Notes: a model not told the origin generated them from the letters alone. DNA of 64,000 bases from Pseudodonghicola sp. (GCA_033791545.1 JASJGL010000159.1:18298-82297); one strand, 5' to 3'; counted from the stretch's first letter, positions 28,339 through 37,448 are shown. Made by a program: numbers and translations.

Positions 28339-28824
28339 ATGACCGTAGAAACTGATCGCAAACCGCCTCGGATGCGCCCGTGGGTGCGGGTTCTGTTGGG
28401 GGTGTCTCTGGCGCTGAACCTTGCTGTGGCGGGGCTGGCCGTGGGGGCCGCGATCCGCTTTGGTGGGCCGGAAAAGATGCGCGGGCCGCAGCCGCTGGGG
28501 GCGATCCTGTATCGCGAACTGCCGCGGCAGGACCGAAGGGCCTTGCGCGATGACAATTTTGGCTCCCGCGCCGAGCGGACCGAGCGTCGGCGTGCGGATA
28601 ACGCGGAACTGGATGCGGCGCTGCGCACGGTGCCATTCGAGCCAGAGCGCGTCGCGGCCTTTCTGGACGAACAGGCCCGTCGCCATTCCGAACTGGAGCA
28701 GGTGATGCGCAAGGCTTGGCTGCATCGGATCGAAGGCATGAGCGTGGCCGAGCGCGAAGCCTATGCCGACCGGCTGGCCGAGGCGATGGCGCGCGACGAC
28801 CATGACCACAAGGACAAACCTTGA
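28339..28824 (+). CDS. Membrane-anchored periplasmic CpxP/Spy/CnrX-like helical sensor/chaperone family protein
   Basis: Trimmed to ATG 28339. N-terminal anchor WVRVLLGVSLALNLAVAGLAVGAAI. LTxxQ-like segments LPRQDRRAL and MSVAEREAY. His/Asp tail DDHDHKDKP. Confidence 0.65.
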   Translation: MTVETDRKPPRMRPWVRVLLGVSLALNLAVAGLAVGAAIRFGGPEKMRGPQPLGAILYRELPRQDRRALRDDNFGSRAERTERRRADNAELDAALRTVPFEPERVAAFLDEQARRHSELEQVMRKAWLHRIEGMSVAEREAYADRLAEAMARDDHDHKDKP

Positions 28825-28852
28825 CTCGGCGGGGCGGGGCGGGCGCCCGGCC

Positions 28853-30280
28853 TCAGACCCGCGCCGGGGCGAGTGAAATCCGGTTGCGCCCGGCGTCTTT
28901 GGCCGCATAAAGCGCCCGGTCGGCCTGACGTATCAGCGCCGCTGCCGGCTCGTCCCCCAGCCCCGGACAGGGGCCAAACGCCAACCCGATGCTGAGCGTG
29001 ACGGGCACCGGCGCGGAGAGGCCGGGACCGCGGATCGGGGTTCGCTCAAACCGCTGACAAAGCTGCGCGGCGCCCTGCGCTGCCGTTGCGCGTCCGGTGC
29101 AAGAGATCACGATCAGAAACTCATCCCCGCCATAACGCGCAATCATGGCATCGGTCGGCAGCGACTGTTGCAATCTACGCGCTGCCGCGATCAGCACCGC
29201 ATCTCCGACCGGGTGGCCGTGGCGGTCATTGATCCCTTTGAAACGATCCAGATCGGCCAGCATCACGGCCAACATGCCGCCGCAATCCGTCGTCGCGCGC
29301 AATGCCTCGCGCAGATGGGGCAGGGCGTGCCGGCGGTTATAAAGCCCGGTCAGCGGGTCGTGCAGCGCCGCGCGCATCCCGTCCTGCACAGTGCTGTGCA
29401 ATTGCTCGGCGCGGGCCTTGCGCCGCAGTTGCGTCGCCAGCCGCAGTACCAGCTCCTCCGGGTCGAACCCCGGTGCGGTGACGTCATGGGCGCCACGATC
29501 AAGCGCCTCGGCGGCCAGCCGGGCGGCCTCTTCCGGTGGTATCCCTGCCGGTGGCACCGCGATCACCGCCATGTCGCGGGTGGACCCGCCCGCGCGCAGC
29601 CCGGCCAGCAGCGGCAGCGCATCGTTCGCCTCATCTGTGCGCAATTCGATCACCGCGGCGTCAGGGCAGGGCGAGATCGGGAAAGGCCCGCCCGTGTTGA
29701 TGCGATGGCAGGTGATCCGGTGATGCGGCGCAAGGCGGCTCAGCGCGCTGCGCCAGCGATCTGCTGTTGCGGCTGTGGCGGTCAAAAGCGCGATCTGCGC
29801 GTGCGTTGCGCGATGGGCAAAGCCCGCCGCAGTCTCCGACAGACCGCTCAACGCGTTGGCCCCGGCAGCCCCGCCCGCTCCGGTAGTCAGGCACAGCCCC
29901 TCGGCGCTGTAACCGGTGCGGATCAGGCTGCGGATGCGGGCCTGCAGCAACCGGTCGTCCACCGGCGGGCAGAGCGCGTCGTCGATCCCCGCCGCCAGCG
30001 CCTTGAGCCGTGCGGCGCGGTCGTTCTGGGCGGTGAGCGCGATCATTGGAACCCGCCGCACCTCCGGCGCGCGGTGCAACTGCGCCCTGAGCCCCGGGGC
30101 ATCGCCATCGGGCAGGGTCATCGCGGCCAGGATCAGATCGGGCTGCACCCGACGCGCCAGTACCAACGCATCGCAAAGCCGCGTTGCCATCACCACCCGG
30201 TACCACGCGGCGCCGAGTTGCAACTCCAACATCAGGCGCCGGGTGGCATCGGCATCGGCAATCAGAATGGTTCCATGCAA
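28853..30280 (-). CDS. PleD-like REC-REC-GGDEF diguanylate cyclase with degenerate receiver domains
   Basis: TTG start. GGDEF A-site intact (ARYGGDEF), with LTGLYNRR upstream. The first receiver reads DLILAAMTLP where DxxLLDxxMP is expected. Confidence 0.85.
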   Translation of the reverse strand: MHGTILIADADATRRLMLELQLGAAWYRVVMATRLCDALVLARRVQPDLILAAMTLPDGDAPGLRAQLHRAPEVRRVPMIALTAQNDRAARLKALAAGIDDALCPPVDDRLLQARIRSLIRTGYSAEGLCLTTGAGGAAGANALSGLSETAAGFAHRATHAQIALLTATAATADRWRSALSRLAPHHRITCHRINTGGPFPISPCPDAAVIELRTDEANDALPLLAGLRAGGSTRDMAVIAVPPAGIPPEEAARLAAEALDRGAHDVTAPGFDPEELVLRLATQLRRKARAEQLHSTVQDGMRAALHDPLTGLYNRRHALPHLREALRATTDCGGMLAVMLADLDRFKGINDRHGHPVGDAVLIAAARRLQQSLPTDAMIARYGGDEFLIVISCTGRATAAQGAAQLCQRFERTPIRGPGLSAPVPVTLSIGLAFGPCPGLGDEPAAALIRQADRALYAAKDAGRNRISLAPARV

Positions 30281-30404
30281 GGTCAGGCCGCCTCTTGTCC
30301 TGTCCCGCCGCTCGGTGCTCCGTTTGGGGGGCGGGGGAGTGTGGCAAAACTGTGGCCGAGCTTGGTTAACATCCGGTTTCGCAGGCTTCCCCCTGATCCC
30401 GGAA

Positions 30405-30440
30405 CAAAAAGGCCCGGCCCCACTTAAGGGGCCGGGCCGG
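30405..30440 (-). terminator. Rho-independent terminator ending the beta-oxidation block
   Basis: ggcccggcccc-actta-aggggccgggcc. On the minus strand it is followed by TTTTTG. Confidence 0.7.
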
Positions 30441-30462
30441 GGTCATGCGTGTTTGAAGACGA

Positions 30463-32667
30463 TCAGGCGGCGGTCTGCTTCTCCGGGCTGAAGCGGCCAT
30501 AGAAGGACTGGCCCTTGTCTGCCATCTCGCGCAGCAACGGCGGGCAGGCGAAGCGTTCGCCATATTTCGCCGCCAACTGGTCGCAACGTTCGGCGGCATA
30601 GGGGGTGCCGATGATGTCGAGCCAGCTCAGCGGGCCACCCGACCAGGGGGCAAAGCCCCAGGCCAGGATCGCGCCCACGTCACCCTCGCGGATGTCCATC
30701 AGAACACCCTCTTCCAGCGCCCGCACCGCTTCCAGCACTTGCGAGAACATCAGCCGTTCCTGCACCTCGATCAGGTCAGGCTGCTCCTCGGCCAGCGGAT
30801 ATTTCTCGGCCATGCCGGTCCAATAGCCGGTGCGCTTGCCCTTCTCGTCATAGTCAAAGAAGCCAGCCTTGGACTTGCGCCCCAGACGCCCCAGTTCCTC
30901 CAACCAGAAGATCAGATCATCCGCCGGGCTGTCGGGATAGGCATCGCCCATCGCCGCCTTGGTCGCGCGCGCGATCTTGGCGCCCAGATCAATCGAGGTC
31001 TCGTCGTTGAGCTGCACAGGCCCCACCGGAAAGCCAAGCTGTTCGGCGGCATGATCGATCAGCGGCATGGCGACGCCCTCGGTGATCATCCGCAGACCTT
31101 CGTTGATATAGGGAATGATGCAGCGGTTGCAGTAGAAGAACCGCGCGTCGTTCACCACGATCGGCGTTTTGCGGATCTGGCGCACGTAATCTAGCGCCTT
31201 GGCCACGGCCCGGTCCCCGGTTTCCTTACCCTTGATGATCTCGACCAGCAGCATCTTCTCGACCGGCGAGAAGAAGTGGATGCCGATGAACTGCTCGGGC
31301 CGCTTGCTGGCCTTGGCCAGATCGGTGATCGGCAGGGTCGAGGTGTTGGAGGCAAAGATGCAATCCTCGGGAATGATCGCCTCGACCCGCTGGGTCATTT
31401 CGGCCTTGACCTTGGGGTCCTCGAACACGGCTTCGATGATCAGATCACAGCCCTTGAGGTGGTCCAGATCGGGGGTGGCGGTGATGCGGGCCAGCATCGC
31501 CTCTTTCTTCTCGGCCGTCACCTTGCCGCGCTTCATCCCCTTGTCGAGATAGGCCTCGGTATAGGATTTGCCCTTGTCGGCCGCCGCTTGGTCGCGGTCG
31601 ATCAGCACGACCTCCATACCCGCCTGCGCCGAGACCAGCGCAATGCCCGCGCCCATCATGCCAGCACCGAGCACGCCCAGTTTCTTGACCCGCTGATCGG
31701 GAATGTCCTTGGGCCGCACCGCGCCTTTCTCCAGCGCCTCCTTGTTCAGGAACAGCGATCGGATCATGGCCCCCGACGACGGGTTCATCAGCACATGGGT
31801 GAACCAGCGCGCCTCGATCTTGAGCGCGGTATCGAAATCGACCAGCGCGCCCTCATAGACCGCCGACAGCAGTGCCTTGGGCGCGGGGAACGCGCCCTTG
31901 GTCTTGCCGTTGACCATGGCGTTGGCGCCGACAAAGGTCATGAAACCCGCCGGGTGATAGGGGGCGCCGCCGGGCATCTTGTAGCCCTTGGCATCCCACG
32001 GCTTGACGATATCGGCGTCCTTGGCACTCAGCACCCACGCTTTCGCGGCGGCGAGCGGATCGGCGACCACCTCGTCGATCAGCCCGGCGGATTTCGCCTT
32101 GGCCGGCTCCACCATCTTGCCTTCCAGCAGGAAGGGCGAGGCCGCCATCGCGCCCAGCTTGCGCGCCAGCCGTGTGGTGCCCCCGGCCCCGGGGAAGATA
32201 CCGATCAGGATTTCGGGCAGACCGATCCGCGCCTTGGGGTTGTCGGCGACAAAGATGCGATGGGTCGCCAGCGGCAGCTCCAGCCCGATCCCGGCTGCGG
32301 TGCCGGGCAGGGCGGCGGCGATCGGCTTGCCGCCCTTCTTGGTCTTGCGGTCCATGCCGGCCAGCTCGATCTTCCGCAACAGGGCGTGCATCTGCATGAT
32401 GCCGTCGAACACACCGCGCGCCGGATCGTCGCCCGCGTCGTCCTTCATCTTGGCCAGCAGGTTAAGATCCATGCCACCGGCAAATGATCCCTCCTTGCCC
32501 GAGGTGATGACGATCCCCTTGATGGCATCATCGGCCAGCGCATCATCGATGCAGGCCTCCAGCTCGGCCAGCCCGTCGAAGGACATCACGTTCATCGACT
32601 TGCCCGGCACGTCCCAGGTGATGGTGGCGACGCCGTCTGCGTCTTGGGTCAGGGTAAATTCAGCCAT
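30463..32667 (-). CDS. Multifunctional fatty-acid oxidation protein (enoyl-CoA hydratase / 3-hydroxyacyl-CoA dehydrogenase, FadB/FadJ type)
   Basis: 734 aa. N-terminal crotonase fold (GKSMNVMSF...SGKEGSFAGGMDL). Central NAD-binding GVLGAGMMGAGIA. Confidence 0.92.
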   Translation of the reverse strand: MAEFTLTQDADGVATITWDVPGKSMNVMSFDGLAELEACIDDALADDAIKGIVITSGKEGSFAGGMDLNLLAKMKDDAGDDPARGVFDGIMQMHALLRKIELAGMDRKTKKGGKPIAAALPGTAAGIGLELPLATHRIFVADNPKARIGLPEILIGIFPGAGGTTRLARKLGAMAASPFLLEGKMVEPAKAKSAGLIDEVVADPLAAAKAWVLSAKDADIVKPWDAKGYKMPGGAPYHPAGFMTFVGANAMVNGKTKGAFPAPKALLSAVYEGALVDFDTALKIEARWFTHVLMNPSSGAMIRSLFLNKEALEKGAVRPKDIPDQRVKKLGVLGAGMMGAGIALVSAQAGMEVVLIDRDQAAADKGKSYTEAYLDKGMKRGKVTAEKKEAMLARITATPDLDHLKGCDLIIEAVFEDPKVKAEMTQRVEAIIPEDCIFASNTSTLPITDLAKASKRPEQFIGIHFFSPVEKMLLVEIIKGKETGDRAVAKALDYVRQIRKTPIVVNDARFFYCNRCIIPYINEGLRMITEGVAMPLIDHAAEQLGFPVGPVQLNDETSIDLGAKIARATKAAMGDAYPDSPADDLIFWLEELGRLGRKSKAGFFDYDEKGKRTGYWTGMAEKYPLAEEQPDLIEVQERLMFSQVLEAVRALEEGVLMDIREGDVGAILAWGFAPWSGGPLSWLDIIGTPYAAERCDQLAAKYGERFACPPLLREMADKGQSFYGRFSPEKQTAA

Positions 32668-32691
32668 ATTTCCAGTCTCCCGTTCCGTCGC

Positions 32692-33903
32692 TTACACGCG
32701 CTCGATGATGGTGGCCGCGCCCATGCCCGACGCGATACAAAGGGTGGCAAGACCCACCTGCTTGTCCTGACGCTCCAATTCATCCAGCACGGTGCCGATG
32801 ATCATCGCGCCGGTGGCCCCCAGCGGGTGGCCATAGGCGATGGCGCCGCCGCCGACATTGACCTTGGAGGCGTCCACGTCAAACGCCTGCATGAAGCGCA
32901 GTACGACGGCGGCAAAGGCCTCGTTGACCTCGAACAGGTCGATGTCGCCGATCTCCATGCCGTTGTCCTTGAGGATCTTCTCGGTCACCGGCACCGGGCC
33001 GGTCAGCATGATGGTGGGATCGGTGCCGATCTTGGCGGTGGCCTTGATCCGGGCGCGGGGCTTGAGCCCGTATTTCTCGCCGAATTCCTTGTTGCCGATC
33101 AGCACGGCGGCAGAGCCATCGACGATGCCGCTGGAATTGCCCGCGTGGTGCACGTGGTTGATCTTTTCCATATGCGGGTATTTCAGCAGTGCGATCTTGT
33201 CGAACCCCGGCATCTGCTCGCCCATCATCTGGAACGACGGGTTGAGCGCACCCAGCGTCTGCATGCTGGTTTCCGGGCGCATGTATTCGTCCCGATCCAG
33301 AATCGCCAAGCCGTTCTGGTCGCGCACCGTGATCACCGATTTGGCAAAGCGGTCCTCGTCCCAGGCGACCTTGGCGCGGCGCTGGCTTTCTACCGCCAGC
33401 GCATCCACATCCGCGCGGCTAAAGCCATATTCGGTGGCGATGATGTCCGCCGAAATGCCCTGCGGCACGAAATAGCTGTCCATCGCCAGCGTCGGGTCCA
33501 CCGCGATGGCGGCGCCGTCGCTGCCCATGGCGACGCGGCCCATCATTTCCACACCACCGGCGATATAGGCCTCGCCGGCACCGCCCTTGATCTGGTTGGC
33601 GGCAAGGTTCACCGCCTCCATTCCGCTGGCGCAGAACCGGTTGATCGCCAGCCCGGGGATCGATTCATCAAGATCCGAGGCCAGAACGGCCGAGCGCGCG
33701 AGGCAGCCGCCCTGTTCCATCACCTGGGTGACATTGCCCCAGATCACGTCCTCGACAGCGTGGCCGTCGAGATTGTTGCGCTCCTTGAGGGCGTTCAGCG
33801 TCAGCGCGGACAGCCGCAACGAGGTCACCTCGTGCAGGGCGCCGTCCTTGCGGCCCTTGCCGCGCGGGGTGCGCAGCGCGTCATAAATATATGCATCTGT
33901 CAT
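32692..33903 (-). CDS. fadA: Acetyl-CoA C-acyltransferase (3-ketoacyl-CoA thiolase)
   Basis: Thiolase motifs: NRFCASGMEAV (active Cys), NEAFAAV, and GGGAIAYGHPLGATGA...LCIASGMGAA. Confidence 0.93.
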   Translation of the reverse strand: MTDAYIYDALRTPRGKGRKDGALHEVTSLRLSALTLNALKERNNLDGHAVEDVIWGNVTQVMEQGGCLARSAVLASDLDESIPGLAINRFCASGMEAVNLAANQIKGGAGEAYIAGGVEMMGRVAMGSDGAAIAVDPTLAMDSYFVPQGISADIIATEYGFSRADVDALAVESQRRAKVAWDEDRFAKSVITVRDQNGLAILDRDEYMRPETSMQTLGALNPSFQMMGEQMPGFDKIALLKYPHMEKINHVHHAGNSSGIVDGSAAVLIGNKEFGEKYGLKPRARIKATAKIGTDPTIMLTGPVPVTEKILKDNGMEIGDIDLFEVNEAFAAVVLRFMQAFDVDASKVNVGGGAIAYGHPLGATGAMIIGTVLDELERQDKQVGLATLCIASGMGAATIIERV

Positions 33904-33914
33904 GGGTCGTCTCC

Positions 33915-34553
33915 TTATGCGCGGTCCGACGGGTTGCCGGGCATCAGATCATACGGGTGTTTCCAGCCGGGCTGCTCGGAAAGCCGCGTCAGCCAGGCGT
34001 CGATATGGGGCCAGTCGGCCCGCTCGAACCCAAAGGGCTCGGGATAATACAGATAGCCGCAACAGCTCAGATCGGCGTTGGTGATACCGTCGCCGACGAT
34101 CCAGTCGCGGCCCTCAAGATGGGCGTTCAGCACCTGATAGGCGGCCTTGAGACGGCCCAGGTTGAACCCGATCACCTCGGCCGGGCGCTTGTCCTCGGGC
34201 AGGAAATTCATCAGGAACCGGGTCATGCCCGCCTGCGAGCTGAGCTTGTGGTTGTCCCAGAGCACCCAGCGCAGAACCTCGTAGCGCTCGGCATCGCTGG
34301 TGCCGCCAAACTTGCCGGACTTGTCGGTGACATATTGCTGAATCACGCCCGACTGGCTGAGGTGAAACTCACCGCCCACCATCACCGGCGCCTCGCCCAA
34401 AGCATTGATATTCTGGCGATACTCCGGTGCGCGGGTCTCGCCGTTGAAAAAATCGACATAGACCGGCTCCCACGCCAGCCCGCTGAACTGCAACGCCAGC
34501 GCCGCCTTGTAGGAATTTCCGCTTTCGCCGAAACAATAAAGTTTGATGGTCAT
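33915..34553 (-). CDS. Glutathione S-transferase family protein
   Basis: MTIKLYCFGESGNSYKAALAL... N-terminal thioredoxin-like fold plus a helical C-terminal domain, 212 aa. Confidence 0.8.
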   Translation of the reverse strand: MTIKLYCFGESGNSYKAALALQFSGLAWEPVYVDFFNGETRAPEYRQNINALGEAPVMVGGEFHLSQSGVIQQYVTDKSGKFGGTSDAERYEVLRWVLWDNHKLSSQAGMTRFLMNFLPEDKRPAEVIGFNLGRLKAAYQVLNAHLEGRDWIVGDGITNADLSCCGYLYYPEPFGFERADWPHIDAWLTRLSEQPGWKHPYDLMPGNPSDRA

Positions 34554-34595
34554 CTTTCAGGCCCTCCCCAGGCGCGATTGGCTGCTGTTGGAATT

Positions 34596-34617
34596 GAGTA
34601 TTTGCAACAAGAAGAAG
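34596..34617 (+). repeat. Intergenic repeat family copy (GAGTATTTGCAACAAGAAGAAG)
   Basis: Read directly from the sequence. It is the left arm of an inverted pair with 34781..34802. Confidence 0.8.
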
Positions 34618-34780
34618 CCGAACAGGCCGCCCCCCGGTAACGATGCCTTAACGAAGATCGGAGCATCCTGCCGCGGCGGTACAGGCTGGAGAGCCGATGA
34701 CCGCACAAGGAGAAGCCCCGCCGTCCCGCCCTGTCGCGCCCCAGCAGGACAGGCACCGGATGGCGGGGTGCCCCGGGTCG

Positions 34781-34802
34781 CTTCTTCTTGTCCGAAATAC
34801 TC
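34781..34802 (-). repeat. Intergenic repeat family copy, inverted orientation (CTTCTTCTTGTCCGAAATACTC)
   Basis: The reverse complement GAGTATTTCGGACAAGAAGAAG matches the 34596 copy at 18 of 22 positions. Confidence 0.8.
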
Positions 34803-34872
34803 CCGCCGGAGGCTTCCAAACTCGATGCCCGGGTGCTTCGCTGCAACATCATGATCCTTCCCCGTCGCATCG

Positions 34873-35085
34873 TCACCGTTTTCGTGCGTCCAACTCGGAA
34901 TTGAACTGGCGCAGCCGGAGCCCCAGACGCTCGTCATCGATGACGGCGTCGAAATTCTCGAACAGGAACGACAGCGCCTCGCCCTCGTCGAGCCCGGCAT
35001 TGGCGGCAAAGGTTTTCAGCCGCCGATAGCCGTCTTCGGTCATGGCGGCGGGAAAGCGTCGGGTCAGGCGGAATCGTTTGGGCAT
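34873..35085 (-). CDS. Small conserved-looking hypothetical protein (70 aa), possibly ribbon-helix-helix-like
   Basis: Strong SD (GGAGGAG 5 nt upstream of the ATG) and strong GC3 bias. MPKRFRLTRRFPAAMTEDGYRRLKTFAANAGLDEGEALSFLF fits a beta-alpha-alpha pattern. Confidence 0.6.
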   Translation of the reverse strand: MPKRFRLTRRFPAAMTEDGYRRLKTFAANAGLDEGEALSFLFENFDAVIDDERLGLRLRQFNSELDARKR

Positions 35086-35140
35086 CGGGTCTCCTCCGGT
35101 CGCAACGGGGCCCGGGCACCTGCCCGGACCCGCGATGGGT

Positions 35141-36922
35141 TTAGAACTGCGCGGCGTCGAGCCCCATCACCGTCTCTGCGCCGCTCTCTATGCGGCTCAG
35201 GTGCAGGGCGGTGGCGGGCAGGCGGCGCGCCATATAATAGCGCCCCGTCATCACTTTGGTCTCATAAAAGGCGGCATCCGCGCCGCCCTCGGCCAGCGCT
35301 GCATTGGCCGCCTTGGCCATCCGCGCCCACATCAGGCCAAGGCAGACATGGCCAAACATATGCATGAAATCATAGGAGCCAGAGAGCGCGTTGTTGGGGT
35401 TTTTCATGCCGTTCTGCATGAAATACATCCCCGCCGCCTGCAGATCCTTGGAGGCTTTTTTCAGCGGTTCGATAAAGTCGCGGTCATACTCCGCATCGCT
35501 GCCGCTGTTGTCCTTACAGAAGCTTTTCACCATGTCGAAGAAGGCCATCACGTGCTTGCCGCCGTCCTGCGCCAGCTTGCGGCCCACCAGATCCAGCGCC
35601 TGCACCCCGTTGGCGCCCTCGTAGATCATCGCGATGCGGGCGTCGCGGGTATACTGCGACATGCCCCATTCCTCGATATAGCCATGGCCGCCATAGACCT
35701 GTTGCGCCTGCACGGTCATGTCATAGCCCTGATCGGTGAGAAAACCCTTGATCACCGGGGTCATCAGCGACACCAGCCCGTCGGCCGCCGCATCGCCGCC
35801 GCGATGGGCCTGATCGATCAACATCGCGCCCCAAAGGATAAAGGCGCGGGCGCCCTCGGCAAAGCTTTTCTGATCCATCAGGCTGCGGCGGATGTCGGGA
35901 TGCACGATCAGCGGATCGGCCGGCCCGTCCGGGTTCTTGACGCCGGTGACGTCGCGGCCCTGAAGCCGATCCTTGGCATAGATCACCGCGTTCTGATAGG
36001 CGGCCTCGGCCTGGGCCAGCCCCTGCATGCCGACGCCGATCCGGGCCTCGTTCATCATGGTGAACATGGCGCGCATGCCCTTGTGTTCCTGCCCCAGCAG
36101 ATAGCCCACCGCGCCGTCATAGTTCATCACGCAGGTGGAGTTGCCGTGGATCCCCATCTTTTCCTCGATCTTGCCGACCGAGACGGCGTTGCGCGCGCCG
36201 AGGCTGCCGTCCTCGTTGACCTGAACCTTGGGCACAATGAACAGCGAGACGCCCTTGATCCCGTCGGGGCCGCCGGGGATCTTGGCCAGCACCAGATGGA
36301 TGATGTTCTCGGCCATGTCGTGATCGCCAGCCGAGATGAAGATCTTTTGCCCGGTGACGCGATAGCTGCCGTCAGCCTGCGGTTCGGCCTTGGTGCGCAT
36401 CAGCCCCAGATCTGTGCCGCAATGGGGTTCGGTCAGGTTCATGGTGCCGGTCCATTCGCAGGACACCATTTTCGGCAGATAGGTGGCTTTTTGCGCGTCC
36501 GAACCATGGGCGAGGATGGCGCTGGCGGCGCCATGGGTCAGGCCCTGATACATGGTAAAGGCCTGGTTGGCAGCCGAGAACATCTCGCCCACGGCCGTGC
36601 CGATCACATAGGGCATGTTCTGGCCGCCGAACTCCTCGGGCATGTCGAGCCCGGGCCAGCCGCCCGCCTTGACCTGCTCGAACGCAGCCTTGAAGCCGGT
36701 GGGGGTATGGACCACACCGTTTTCAAGGCGGCAGCCCTCGGTGTCTCCGACCATGTTCAGCGGCTGCAGCACGCCGGAGCTGATCTTGCCGGCCTCTTCC
36801 AGAATGGCGTTGGTGAAATCGGCTTCCAGATCCTGATAGCCGGGAATGTCGCTCTTGGTCACGGCGAGCACATCATGCAGGATGAACTGCATATCCTTGG
36901 TGGGTGCGGTATAGCTGGGCAT
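35141..36922 (-). CDS. Long-form acyl-CoA dehydrogenase (about 593 aa, FadE/AidB-like)
   Basis: [85 protein letters not shown]. Confidence 0.9.
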   Translation of the reverse strand: MPSYTAPTKDMQFILHDVLAVTKSDIPGYQDLEADFTNAILEEAGKISSGVLQPLNMVGDTEGCRLENGVVHTPTGFKAAFEQVKAGGWPGLDMPEEFGGQNMPYVIGTAVGEMFSAANQAFTMYQGLTHGAASAILAHGSDAQKATYLPKMVSCEWTGTMNLTEPHCGTDLGLMRTKAEPQADGSYRVTGQKIFISAGDHDMAENIIHLVLAKIPGGPDGIKGVSLFIVPKVQVNEDGSLGARNAVSVGKIEEKMGIHGNSTCVMNYDGAVGYLLGQEHKGMRAMFTMMNEARIGVGMQGLAQAEAAYQNAVIYAKDRLQGRDVTGVKNPDGPADPLIVHPDIRRSLMDQKSFAEGARAFILWGAMLIDQAHRGGDAAADGLVSLMTPVIKGFLTDQGYDMTVQAQQVYGGHGYIEEWGMSQYTRDARIAMIYEGANGVQALDLVGRKLAQDGGKHVMAFFDMVKSFCKDNSGSDAEYDRDFIEPLKKASKDLQAAGMYFMQNGMKNPNNALSGSYDFMHMFGHVCLGLMWARMAKAANAALAEGGADAAFYETKVMTGRYYMARRLPATALHLSRIESGAETVMGLDAAQF

Positions 36923-36943
36923 GTCGGGCCTCCCTCAGAATTT

Positions 36944-36961
36944 CGGTATGGTCGGTATGGG
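36944..36961. repeat. 9-bp tandem repeat TCGGTATGG x2 between the MerR gene and the acyl-CoA dehydrogenase start
   Basis: Read directly from the sequence. A degenerate third unit follows. Confidence 0.7.
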
Positions 36962-36982
36962 GTTGTATCGGGTCGGGCGGGT

Positions 36983-37384
36983 CTATTCGGCCGCCTTGCG
37001 GGTTTCGGTCATCGAAGCAATCACGCGCTCGCCCCATTTGAGTTGCGCTTGCAGATCGGTGATCGCGTGGTCCAGTTCGGCGCGCTGATGCTCCATGTCG
37101 CTCAGGCGGTCGCGCGCGATGTCATAGGTGCGCGACAACTGGGTCAGCTGCTGGTCGCCGACATAATACAGATCGAGCAACTGGCGGATCTCTTCAAGGC
37201 TGAAGCCAAAGCGTTTGCCGCGCAGGATCAGCTTCAGCCGGGCGCGGTCGCGTTTGGTGAACAGCCGCTTCTGACCCTGACGTTCGGGGAACAGAAGCTC
37301 TTTTGATTCGTAAAACCGCAGGGTGCGCGGGGTCACGTCATAGGCATCGCACATCTCGCGGATCGTCATCAGCTTTTTTGTCAT
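36983..37384 (-). CDS. MerR-family transcriptional regulator (LiuR-like position upstream of the acyl-CoA dehydrogenase)
   Basis: Trimmed to ATG 37384 (MTKKLMTIREMCDAYDVTPRTLRFYESKELL...). A coiled-coil C-terminus follows. Confidence 0.85.
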   Translation of the reverse strand: MTKKLMTIREMCDAYDVTPRTLRFYESKELLFPERQGQKRLFTKRDRARLKLILRGKRFGFSLEEIRQLLDLYYVGDQQLTQLSRTYDIARDRLSDMEHQRAELDHAITDLQAQLKWGERVIASMTETRKAAE

Positions 37385-37448
37385 CTTCGGTCTCTCGACG
37401 TCGGGGGCGCGCAGGTTTCTCTGTCTGAGATCTGTGCGGTCATGGGCT

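Noticed and set aside
35042-37306. Very long ORFs lie antisense to recognisable genes. Examples: 35042..37306 (754 aa), 48721..50979 (752 aa), 57298..59298 (666 aa), 54498..56267 (589 aa), 14337..15719, 42644..44017, 32644..34047, 8847..10091, 5..1069.
   Set aside because: Their translations are Arg/Gly/His/Pro/Gln-rich low-complexity strings with no motifs. The opposite strand in each case encodes a protein with clear family signatures and GC3 bias. These are the shadow ORFs expected in GC-rich DNA.
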